A program made the position numbers and the translations under genes. Shown here in pieces: positions 28,621 through 40,400 of a DNA stretch of 64,000 nt (position 1 is the first letter of the stretch; the number at the start of each line of letters is the position of its first letter). The notes beneath the pieces were generated by a model that was not told the origin of the DNA, did not search any database, and was given only the letters and a program-made list of their open reading frames with translations. The stretch comes from Bispira polyomma (Eukaryota), in NCBI GenBank assembly GCA_965649765.1, contig OZ287760.1, positions 17,546,001-17,610,000 on the forward strand. The letters run 5' to 3'.

Positions 28621-29080
28621 GGGTTTTCTGTTTATTTCTTAAAATTTTCTAATTGGACTTTCTACCGGTAGAATTGAAAATCTATTCTGCCAGATTAGGC
28701 TTTTTACCATAACATCGAACCCACCCAATTCCACACCCTTGTTTTAAAAACTGTTACACTTTTAAATACTTATTTTAATGTTATAACTGTAATTGGGGTT
28801 ATTGTCCCTTTATTCTCCCATAGTAAAATTTAGTTCTTGTTTTGACAATACTAATTGTATTAATACTATACCAAACTTAATACTATGTTTTCATTGTGTA
28901 TATATCATTATTTATCTTTCACTGCCCTACATCACAAAGTAGGGGCGACTGATATAGAAATATATAGAAACCACCCTTGTTCCTTTTACCATTTCTATAC
29001 TATACTCTTGTGAACTATGCACCCAACAAACTGCTTGTGTTTGTGTACACACAGATCCAAGAACAAGGGCTTGTTGTAAT

Positions 29081-29180
29081 TTTCGTGGTGATAAACCTTG
29101 TGAAAAAGGATTTGTCTTTGGCACTGAAATAAAGGTGGGAAACAGACAAACCCGGATCCACAGGGTTTTACACCGCGAAT
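29081..29180 (-). ncRNA. second miR-10-family precursor hairpin, antisense to Hox4 (predicted mature 29167-29146 AACCCUGUGGAUCCGGGUUUGU)
   Basis: The reverse complement of 29146-29167 has the miR-10 seed ACCCUGU and 18/22 identity to the miR-10 at 4672. Arm 29093-29117 pairs with 29144-29168 around a ~26 nt loop. A lower stem pairs 29082-29090 with 29171-29179. CNNC (CAAC) lies 16 nt after the predicted 3p end on the minus strand. Confidence 0.8.
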
Positions 29181-29212
29181 AGTCCTTGCTTTACTGTATA
29201 AATCACGTCACT

Positions 29213-29231
29213 CCTGCACAGGGGGCGCCAC
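29213..29231 (+). promoter_or_regulatory. CTCF-like motif
   Basis: CCTGCACAGGGGGCGCCAC resembles the CTCF core CCASYAGRKGGCRS. Confidence 0.5.
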
Positions 29232-29489
29232 AGTCTTTCCCGGTTTTCCTCCATTTTTAGTGTTCAATGGTCTGTCATAAGATTGGTGGATTTACTCCAA
29301 TGTTTTCTTCTGAACTATTTAATGGTTTTTGTTTTCCCACTTATGCTAACCTGTCATGTTTATTCTAATCCATTGTGTCAACTCTCTTAAGGCGATTCCA
29401 ATGGGTTGATTTCGATAGCTTTCTAGTGCAGTTTCACTGATACAAATATCAAAACGCATCTTGGTAATTAAATAAAAAAATATATATAT

Positions 29490-30005
29490 GCCATTCATTT
29501 CATTTCAGATATATTAACTATTTACATGTACTACGAATCTCATGTTTTTATTACTGTTTAAATAAGTGTTATTTCGCCATTATAATCAATCAGTTAAATG
29601 CATCATCAGTATTCTTCAATATTTCATTTCAGATATTAACATATTTGTATGACTCTAGGTCTATATATTTACCACAAATTTTAGTGTTTTAATATTACTG
29701 TTCAAATATGTGTACCCATGCTCATATAATCAATCAGTTAAATGCATCCATCATCAATATGTACAATTTACTTCATTTTAGATATTGGCTATTTATTTAA
29801 CTTTCTATAGTATGAATTTCATGTTTTAATATTTACTCGTCAATTATGTAGCATGCCCTTTAAAAATAATCAGTTAAATGCATGATGATCATCAATATGT
29901 ACAATTCATTTGATATATTTGAGATATTCTTGATTATGCCTTCTTTTTCAACTACACATATACTATGGATTTCATTTTTCCATCTTCTACTACTGTTCAA
30001 TATAT
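29490..30005. repeat. degenerate tandem repeat, ~145-bp period
   Basis: AATCAGTTAAATGCAT recurs at ~29588, ~29732 and ~29868 with shared flanks. Confidence 0.7.
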
Positions 30006-30984
30006 TTCATATGAAGATGCAATTAGAAAACGCCTCTACAATTAATTGACTTTTATACCCTGTGTATAATACTACTCTATCTATCTACCTGTGTGCACAC
30101 ACAGTGAAGCATCAATATCCTTCTGTACACAGTTTGATTATTACCTGTGTGTAGTAAATACTACCTGCTATTTTTGGTTTGTCTTATACTACTGTTGAAT
30201 TAATTCTCTCACTCTCTCTGTCTGACCACCAATCTTTAATCAGAGCCTCATCAACTATAACTCGCACACACACATACACACCCATAAGACTGACCTACTT
30301 ATTAATCAATACCCACCACCATCCAAACGCCTCCTCTTCACACTCACATACCACTACTCACGAGAAGGGGTAGGTAGGTGGGTGGGCTGATGATTGTCTT
30401 TTCAGTAATAGTAGTAGTAGTATGTGTGCCATACAACACTGCTAATTACAGGCATCATGCACCACCTTGACGACTGTGGGTAGTAATTAACAGTGGTGTA
30501 GTTTATGATGTGTGAACACACTCTCTCTCTATGTACACACACAAATGTGTGTGCCCTAAAGGTGACATTGTAGCATTCCAAACCAACAGCTATTATACAC
30601 ATACATCTATATCTATACCACAAACTATACAGACTTTGCAGGCTCTTTTTTCTTGTTTCAGCAACATATTTTTGTCTGTGATAGTGTGTTTTTTTAGTAT
30701 CATGTGTAGATTTCATTCAAAACCATGTAGTCACAGACCTACATTTCTTTTCAGAACAATCTCTATACCTGTGTGTATATATTAGCAATATATTAATTCC
30801 CATATGTATAATTTATAATGGAAAAAAATATTACTTTAGATGAATTCATTTTTTGTCGCCATATTATAATAAACTCTAATGAGTTTAGGATAATGCATAT
30901 TTCATTGCACAAGTGTCCAAGAAAGTTTCATAAATTGTGTATTTGCTATTTTCAACTGACCAAGAAAAGTAACAAATAAACTAT

Positions 30985-31440
30985 ATGAAACAATTCATTC
31001 CAGTAAAATTTGTCACTACTAAAATTGTACAGTAATAAGTAATACGATTCTTGTGTCTATAAAACAATTCCTTTTATTATTGCTAAAAAAATACCTTAGT
31101 GTAACCTTTATTAGGATAACTCGATACACTTTATATTATCTAAACTTTTTCTTTTTTTCTTGACAAGTTTTTTACCAAGGTTTCAACAATCAAATAGTGA
31201 AACAATTCCTTCCAGTGAAACTTGTCCCCACTAAAATTTTGAAAATAATAGTGACATTTTTATGGCAGCTAGCATTTCCAATTGTAAGTACAGTAAAAAA
31301 GTTCTTGGGTATATAGAACAATTCTTACTATTATTGCCAAAAATACCCTGGTTGTAGTTTTTAGGATATAATACTCGATATACTTTATTGTATCTATAAA
31401 CTTTTTCTTTCTTGACAATTTCTTTACCAAGGTTTTTATT
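30985..31440. repeat. tandem duplication (~215-240 bp x2)
   Basis: AAACAATTC.TTCCAGT.AAA.TTGTC..., ACTCGATA.ACTTTAT and TTCTTGACAA.TT.TTTACCAAGGTTT each occur twice in order. Confidence 0.75.
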
Positions 31441-32590
31441 TTACCACCAAAACCACTGGTTCCCTATCATTAAGTTCTTTCTCAAGACTTGTCCCATTAT
31501 TTCAGTACTTTGTCACACATTTTGGTACATCTCTTTTTCTCACTGTCTTTAAGAAGCAATTCGTCTCTCTTTACAAAGCAACTCAATTAATTCAGCATCA
31601 AAGAACACTTGTGTGCTAGTATAGGGCTTTTTCTATGGCTATTTATTTAGCATGCAGACTCTTTTTCTTGAGTTAATTTTTCTGCATGAAATAAAAACTT
31701 TTTCTTCATGTTGAAATAGCCATTATTGATAGCACACCAAAACAAAAATTTTAACACAAGGATTTCTTTGTGATTTATACATAAATCACTATTCTTTCCC
31801 TCATTTTAGTATATATACTATTACATATTGAAACAGAACAGCTTAGATATGTTTATTATTATTTGACTCAATATTTACATAATTTTATTCTCTTTACATA
31901 GTAAACTCAAAAACAAGACGAAAAAAATGGAAAAAATCATCATCTAATGTAAAATTTACCTGTTAAATTACACCTCATGTAATTTGAGAAGAAAACTTTC
32001 CCTTTTATCTCCACCCCCACATACCAAGGTGAAATTGTTCTATAAGGTTTTTCTATCAAGGCCCACCTCTCACCCCTGTTATTAACTAATGTATATAAAT
32101 ACTACCCAAATCATTTGAGGTATTTTTCGATTATATCTAACAGGATATGTTGCAGACAGTCATTGGTTTGCATGTATACAAATACAAAGGGTGCATTTTG
32201 TGCACTATTTTTATAAGTAAGTCGTATAAATCTTTGTGTTTTACAACTACTATGGCATGCATAAAAGTGGTGGTTTTGGCAGGTTTATTATTCTATCAAA
32301 GTCTTATTGATAAGAAAACCCATTGAACTAAACTAAAATAATCCATTGACTGAGTTTTTTTGCTTTTATCCACCAATAGCTTTTGCAATAAATGCTGCAA
32401 TTATTATATCAAATGGCAGTTCGTCAATATCTTTTGCCTGTTTTTGCAATGCTTGTGGATCTAAATTAATTGCATTTTAATAGTCAACAGCATCAACAAG
32501 AATTGCTGTATTTGATTTTAACTAAAACCATTCTAGTTTTGTTTTGGCAAAGTGAGATTTCGATGGCTGTAACATTACCTCATCTCAACA

Positions 32591-32633
32591 GTGGCTCCCT
32601 ATAGTGGTTCTACCATTCGCTAGGTGGCGATAG
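32591..32633. promoter_or_regulatory. divergent pair of CTCF-like motifs
   Basis: Minus-strand GAACCACTATAGGGAGCCAC (32591-32610) and plus-strand CATTCGCTAGGTGGCGATAG (32614-32633) both resemble the CCACYAGRKGGCRC core. Matched by eye only. Confidence 0.45.
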
Positions 32634-34180
32634 TTGTCAGACTAAACCACAAACGTTTAGAATGATGATACTGACCTGACTATACACACACGCGCGTTTC
32701 TTCTCTCTGGTTGTGTGTATAATTAGGTAGGGGGTCAATGCCATGAGTATAGAGAGTGGATGGCTAGATGGCAGACTGAGTGAGAGGCTGTGTGTGTGTG
32801 CCTTGCAGTCATCCATCATGCCCACTAGAGGTTATGAACTCGGGCTTGTCAGAGTCATTGCTGACTACAACTTTATTGCATTACTACACGACACCCCATG
32901 TCTGTTTGTCAAGGGAAAGAAACTCTATCCATATAGCAGAACAGCTCCAGCAGCCAATGTGTTTTGTGGTGGTTATTTTTTGGTAGCAGCAAAGTGATAC
33001 CTTCAATCCCTAATCAAGTATGAGTCACTTTAAAGTACTTTTTACCGTTGAGTTGAATATAGCCATAAAAAGTCATGCTTCAATCTATCAAAAAGGGCAC
33101 TGGATATTTGTAATTCTGAACTAATGAATAGAATACCCAGATATTTGTATACAATAAAAGAAAATAAATTGTTCTATGAACTATCTCCAACTACAAATAT
33201 ATAAGAATCCCCCGAAATGATCCTAGGGGTGCTGTTTATGTAGGGAAGGGTGTTTATAGAAAAGGGTTAAAAGAAAGCAGATATGGTTTTCAAAGGTGGA
33301 CATTGCAGGCACTGGTGGTCTTTGCAGAGGTGGCCTCCCTAACACAGTGTTGGCTATTGTAATCAGTGTACATAGGTTAATGTAAACATTTAAGAAGTAA
33401 TAGGCTCTCTCTATATATGACAAGGGACACTTAATGATTACAATTACAATGTGTATAATAATAGTCCTATTAATTTTACGCATATGCTGTTTATTACTGC
33501 CACACAGAGGTTGACATAGACAACACATATGCATAGAATATCTTGCATTACCTGCAAGATCATTGCAAATCTTGCTGCACCAGTGAAAGCTTTAGTGGGG
33601 ACATGGAGACTCCCTGTATTGTCTTTTATAGCTAAGTTGACCTGTCTCTTGCCACAACATCAGCAGTAGTATGTGTACAAAGTGGCACATTTCCATATAG
33701 ATGAAGAATTCCTGGATCCAATAAACTACTCTCCAATGGATACTCTGCTCATACTTATACTCAACCCTCAATATCTGGATTCTCTATCAACATATATCTG
33801 AAATCTGACTTTGTATTTGAATTCACTGTTGAAAGGTCTATTGAAATGAATGGTGATGAGAATAGGTTATAATTTCCATGTATACATGTATTTAACACAT
33901 GATTTGAGTCGATTTGAGTATGAGTTTTGCAGCATAAGTATATTTAGAGAATACCAGCCCTGGCCTAACTCACACTGTAATGAAGTCACTCCATCATATG
34001 GTCCCTGTGAGAGGGAGTGGTCATCTATCAAGTGGCCACTGGTCCTTGTGTGTGTAGTGACACACAGACAAACAGCCATACAGAGACACACATAATCACA
34101 CTACAGCCTGTGTAGCCACATGGACACTGAGGTATAATTATACACTATAACACTATAACGCTCAGCCACACATTCCTGAT

Positions 34181-34224
<44 letters not shown>

Positions 34225-35393
34225 CTGGGTCATCTAACATACACTTAGTGACACAAATAAGACATAAACATCAACTTACTTTCACTAAGGGGACAGCATG
34301 GTGCAAGTATACAATAAGTGTGTTGTGTGTTGATGTCTGGCTTTTGTTATGCTTGGCCTCATTTTGAGTTGCCACAGTACATTAGAATGTTACAAGAGAG
34401 ACATGGATGCAAGACATAATTTCCCAAAGGAAATGACAACATATTGGACGTTGGCCATTCTAGTTATAGAAAGGAACAGTCATTGCAATTTTAAATATGA
34501 CAATAGTATTAATGAATAAACAGTTACAGAACAGAGTTAGATGTGTCACAGCAAGGAAAAATGACTATTTAAATATCAATTTTGGCATAGAGAATGATAA
34601 AAGTTTGTTCCATACTTGTCATTCCTGTGCAGTTAGCCACACTTTTCTACTTAAATTGACAATGACAGAAAACAAACCCCCTTGCAGTTTTAGTTTAGGG
34701 TTTTTTTTTTCACTTTTATTTTTTTCTCAGGAAAGATATAAATGGTTTAAAAATTAGGGGGTTCCATGTAGGCAAGTCTCGAGAACCAAATCAGTGTCAA
34801 TGGGTAGATTATGGATCTAGACAGAGCACTAACTCCCTCAACAGTTCCCCAGTTACTGCTGAGGGAGGGAAGACATCCAGTATGGAGAGAGGGGGGTTAA
34901 ACCTCCCCCAAACACAGCCACCAATTGCAGCCTGATAGCCCCAAATTCCCTTATAGGGGGTGGGGTTAATCTTGGACGCAATTGAAAAGCCAGGGTCACT
35001 GTGAATTCTCATTTATCTCCAGAATTCCTTTCCAGTTTCTTCTTTTTTTTTTTTTGTCAATAAGTTACCTTGGATATTTTGTTTTGGCTTGATTTTTATA
35101 TAACGTATACATACTTTTTAATCGTCTATGAACGTAAAAGGGGACTTGTTTTTTTTCTATATATATAATTATATACACTGATAAGTATTTATATCTGTTA
35201 TGCCTGGTTAGTGAATGATACCTGTGTGATGCATTTAAGTCAGACTGCTTTTTTTTCTTTAAAAACCCAAGACTAATGGGGAAATTTTAAATATCTTTTT
35301 TTCATTGATTTTAGGTATCTTTTGCCCATACCTTTGTGTCATTCTGTTTGAATGAATTGAAAACACTTCAAAATAAGCATTGTTTAAAATCCA

Positions 35394-35454
<61 letters not shown>
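35394..35454. repeat. (TA)n microsatellite
   Basis: Direct reading. Confidence 0.95.
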
Positions 35455-35455
<1 letters not shown>

Positions 35456-36684
35456 TAAAACTTTACAAAAGCTGTGGGAAACAAAATTTATCTAGATTTC
35501 TCTCTTTTTGCATTTATTTAAGGACGTTTTCTGACCAGCCTCTTACAATACCATAAATCACTTAATGTTGTTTGTCCACAAACCTCCCCCCCCCCTTTCT
35601 AAGTCTCCAGGATAGCTCCCTCCCATCCAAGCAATTTTTCATTATTAATATTATCAATTTGGAGTCCCACAACCCCATCACTTTTCTCCATCTAAAATAT
35701 ATAGGCACCCAGCACTATAATAGATCATTAGTTTTAGTTCTGTCAGAAATGAAGGGCAGGCCAATTCTAGCAGTTTTTGCTGGTGAAGGTCAGATATTGG
35801 TGTGTTGGGAAGACAGAAAAATCCTCTTGGACAGTTTATTGTCACATAACAGTAGGATTTCCTCTCTCCCTCTGACAAAGTCATTTCTGCCAGCACTCCA
35901 TTCTCTGGTGTTATCATTGTTTATGGGCAGGCAACTCGGCGTTGAAAATCCCATTAATAACAACCCCACCTCCATCCCTTTCTTTTAAAAACAAAAAAAA
36001 AACTAAATGAAAAAAATCCATATTTTATTAAGCTAAAAGCTCCCACTGTCAAATGGGGTATGGTGTGGGTGGTATTGTTTTATTGTGTTGTCCATCCACA
36101 TGGTGTGTGTGTGTGTGTATGTGTGAGTAGTGGGGTCATTTTTCATCCACTTTGGGGCACACAGTCCATTTATTTTATACACTATACTAGCTTTCTCTAT
36201 TTAGCCAGATTAGAAGGGGGGGGGGGGGGGGGGGTGTATTCACATTTTTGCTTTTTACTTTGAGAAATTGGTTTTCTCCCCCCTATTCCAACCCCAACTT
36301 TTAATCCACTCACAGACATACACACACATTGGGTGGAATTTATCATCATAATAAACCAAGTGAGTGCATCTATCTATAGGAGAACTCGTGGAGTGGCATA
36401 ATATGAACCCGCATCCACAAGACTTGCAGAAGAGGATCCTTCATAATACATAACCAATCTGTATTAAATATCTTCTATGTATATATACTTTTTTTGTTTC
36501 TCTTGCCTATAATAAATAATAATAAGTTGGCTTCACAGAAGAAGACAGCATCCCGAGTCTCAGCCTGTGTGTTTGTGTGTGTACAGTGTATATATTGAAG
36601 GAAAATAGAATATTGAGTGAGTGAGAGAGAGAGAAGCAGCCCGTGAGTGTGTGTGTGTGTGTTGGTGTTAAAAACAGCCTCCCC

Positions 36685-36900
36685 CAGTTTATAATAGGCA
36701 GCTGTCACTCCATGATTCATGTGCGCAGGTCAACGAGAACCATAAACATTGGCTCATTAAGATCACGTGATATGCAAATCTCGCCACTTGGGGAGGTCCC
36801 TCGCCAGGCAGGAGTTATAGCCTGCACTCGAGACGTGAGAAATGTTACTTTGGCTCGTGCTATAGCGCGGGTGTCAGCGTAAAAATTAATGGCCATGAGT
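36685..36900 (+). promoter_or_regulatory. Hox4 proximal promoter/5' leader motif cluster
   Basis: CTGTCA (Meis) 36702, TGATTCAT (Pbx-Hox-like) 36713, CCATAAA 36740, reverse CCAAT (ATTGG) 36748, TCATTAA 36754, E-box TCACGTGA 36763 and octamer ATGCAAAT 36772. AAATTAATGGCC spans the ATG. Confidence 0.7.
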
Positions 36901-37462
36901 AGTTTTATGATGAGCACCACTAACGGCCATTACCTGGAGCCCAAGTTCCCTCCCGTCGAGGAATACAGCCACGGTAATTACATCAACGGCGGCAATAATA
37001 GTCACCAGCATGATGACGGGGATTTCTACACGAGACACTCTGCCGCCGTTGCCACTGGTGGTGCCGTCCCGGTCGTGCCCGTGGTCGGGCCAGGCGGCGG
37101 CGGTGGCTATGGATACGTCGGGCAAGTGGATCACCACCTTAGTAGCCAGCATAGTGCTCATCGGAGGTTTGGACCGGAGTTTGGAATCGGTGGGGGCGGT
37201 GGCGCAGGGCAACATCAGCAGCAACAGTACGGCACATGTGCCGGTACGACACCGCCAACTGCTTCCTCTATCATGACGCGGGCCCAGGAGGCCCCCAGTC
37301 CCCCGACAGCCCACGGCTTTCCCCCGACCACCCAGGGCTCGCCCAATATGCCCTCACCGACCCAGCAGAACCGAGAGAACAGTGCCCCGAACACCCAAGG
37401 CGGAAACAACAATGCGGCGCCCATGATTTACCCCTGGATGAAGAAGAATCACATCAATGCAG
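36889..37462 (+). CDS. Hox4: Hox4/Deformed exon 1 (N-terminal MAMSSF...YLEPKFPPVEEY motif and hexapeptide IYPWMKK)
   Basis: The ORF begins MAMSSFMMSTTNGHYLEPKFPPVEEYS, the PG4 N-terminal signature, and contains MIYPWMKK. The donor GCAG|GTATGT is at 37462/37463 (phase 1). The rest of the ORF-track translation is intron read-through. Confidence 0.97.
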
Positions 37463-40400
37463 GTATGTGTTGTGTGTCAAGAAAAACTTTGACAAAAATT
37501 TGTTGTTTGTTGAAAAAAAAAAAAGGATGAGAGAAAAGCGTGTGTTTCAATTTTTTAATTAGGGGCGAAAATACACTCTAGCTTTTTATGTAAATTGCAA
37601 AGATTTAGAGAATATTTTTTAGCAGTTCGACTGATAATTACTAGTGTAAAAAATTTAGTGCAATCTTTTGTTAACTACTTAGTATTGATGTAAATCCAGA
37701 TTTAGATCAATTAGAGCAGGTTGGCTGTCAAATACATTGAAATAGTATAAAAAATATATAAGTTTTTTGTGTTCATACGAATACATCAAAGTTTACCTTC
37801 CAGTTCCATTGTTTATAAAGTATCCATGGTCTAAACAGTTATTATCATTGCAAAATAATATATGATGAAAATACTGCACCTAGGTGTTTTTTAGTTATAT
37901 TACCATTCCAAACGAAGAACAAATTTTATCAGTACACACTCGTATACTTTTTATCTTTGGGGGGAGAAACAAGTTTCCTAGGAAAAACAAAAAAAACTTT
38001 CGCAGAAAACGTTGAACCCTCGACATTTTGCTTTTAGAGCTCATAAAATTCTCACACCTGCACCGATTTATGTGGACAGCAATTACAATTTAATGGGCCA
38101 CTTTATTGCAGTTTATGAGTACAAACCATCGATTTGTTTATTGGATTATTGAGAACTTGTTGTTGTATATTTCAACTAATAAATAACCACTTGATACCCC
38201 TCTTTAATGGGTGTTATTTATGCTATACCCGATATACAACCCACTGCAATAATGGGTTTTCTGTCATTATTACTTTACTTGCCCACCCATATTGACCTAT
38301 TCTTCTGTTTCATGTCTGCATTCTGGGTCATACATTAATTAAGACGTTATATATGAACACTTTCCATTTGAAGGGTGGGGAGGGGATGTAATAATCTTTC
38401 TAATAAAACCTTCTTCACAACATTCACACTAATTAAGTTAAGTTTCATCCACCATCATTTACTTTATAATATTCTCCTCTCACAGCTATTATTTTGGATA
38501 CACAAACCTTGTGTGTGTCTTGGTTGATGAAGTGCTTTTCTCGAGTCAGAGTCTCTATTGAGTCAGTGGTAATGGCCATTTGCTTGGGTGTATACTAGGC
38601 AAATAGGCAATAACATTTAACCTTTTGGTTTCCTTGCCCATTTATTATCAGTCTAGCCGAGAAGGGGGGCCAGACCCCCATATTAATTTATGACCACCCA
38701 TACAACACCATTTACTGCTATAAGCACACACACCACTCGACACTTCTCTTGCCCTAGATCGACACTTTAGGGCTATTTAGTAACAATTGTTACAGATATA
38801 GTCCATAAATATATTGTTCTCTTCTTCCTATCTTTTTTTTTATTTAGGCCAAATGTTTTTCCCAAAAGTGTTTTGTGCCTCTTTTTTTTTTCCTTTCCTT
38901 CTTTTGTTTCTTTATCTTGCCTTTTCTACAATGTGTAAAATATCTCACTGACAAGGTAAAATAGGTGATGGGTGTTCTCTAAGAGGCTGCACAGTCTGCA
39001 CACAACTCTCAAAAAGTACAGCAGTAGAATTCTGAATGAAGCAATAACAATAAATCTTACTCAGTACAAATGACCTAATAAAAACCCCTCTGTCAAGAGT
39101 CTTAGGCTATACTGGTATTTCCCCACATTATTTGCCTCCTTTTCCAGGACATTTCCTGGACTAGTTTGTCATTCATAGAGCATATAGGGAGTTCTACTTG
39201 GGGCAAATGGAAATCATATCCAGCATTTTTGGGGGAGGAAAGTGTCATTTTTGACATAGTTAGTTATCATCATAAGTATTTAGTTTTAAGACCAAAAATA
39301 ATTGTTACCTTTTTTGGGTGTTCTCTCTTCTTTGGCATAAGGTTAAGGTTTGCCCCTATATTTAAAAAGCTGTGTGGTGCTGTCTGGAGGGTGTTGTTTA
39401 TCAACTCTGTAAACAACAAGGCAGCACTTGGTTTTTCGATCATGGACCGTCTTACATGTAGGTATTCTGTGCTTATACAGTGGGTTGGGGGATGGTGGTG
39501 CATCTCTTGACCTTTCAATGCACAGACCAGATCTGGCTGGTAGTAGTAATAATAATAATAATGGTTGGGTGTGTGGGGTTATTGGTGGTAGTAATGTACA
39601 CTTATATTGTGATGAATGAGTGTAGAAGACTTAAAAAAAATATGCAAGCTGGTTCATTCTGTCTGCCCCAGGGCCAGTGAGTTGGCCAACATGTGAACAA
39701 TGTACCTCCTATGATGTACTCCACAAAGAAACTTTAGCTTAAACTCAAATAAAGGAAGGCTCTTTGGACGTTCTTGCGGTATAAACATGGAATACACTAA
39801 TATATTATTGTGTAACCACTCTTTTTTGATCGAGATTTCAGGGATGGAACTTAAATATGCACTCATATTTTACAACTTTCTACAACTAGCCAGAGTGATA
39901 TGGTGGGAGCTTTAAATTGTAAGTTTAGTCAGAGTTATAAGCTTGAGATCTTTCTGAAGGAATATAAGGCTCCCCCCCCCCACAAACAAAAGTCTCTAAT
40001 ATGTGTTTGAGACACTTTTATGACCTATCTATCTCAGGTAGGGGGTCAGGTGGGGGTTGAAGTTTTTTTTGGTTAATGTTAGAAGAGAGGGGGGCATCTT
40101 CTCTCTTAACTTTCTTTATAATAGATGCACCCATCCCTCCCCCCCTCCCCCCCATCACACATTCCCATTTCCACTCAAAAATACACACACAGAGAGCTTG
40201 CTCTGTCTATATGGGGTACAGAGAGAGGGAACTACAACTGTGTGTCAAATGCAGTCATAAATCACAGATTTCTATCACTTTGTTCATGGGGCTCACTTCA
40301 CAGATAGTTGACTTTGGATGAGTTTCTTCACCCCTCTCTCTGTTAACTACTATTTTAGTGAAGGGGATGGGGGGGTTTGTTTTGATCACATGATTTAGGC

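Noticed and set aside
37463-37530. C-terminal part of ORF 36889..37530 (MCCVSRKTL...)
   Set aside because: Read-through into the intron past the GTATGT donor; the real frame continues in exon 2.
36886-37562. Several overlapping ORFs on both strands across Hox4 exon 1
   Set aside because: Expected by-products of high GC content; no recognisable domains.
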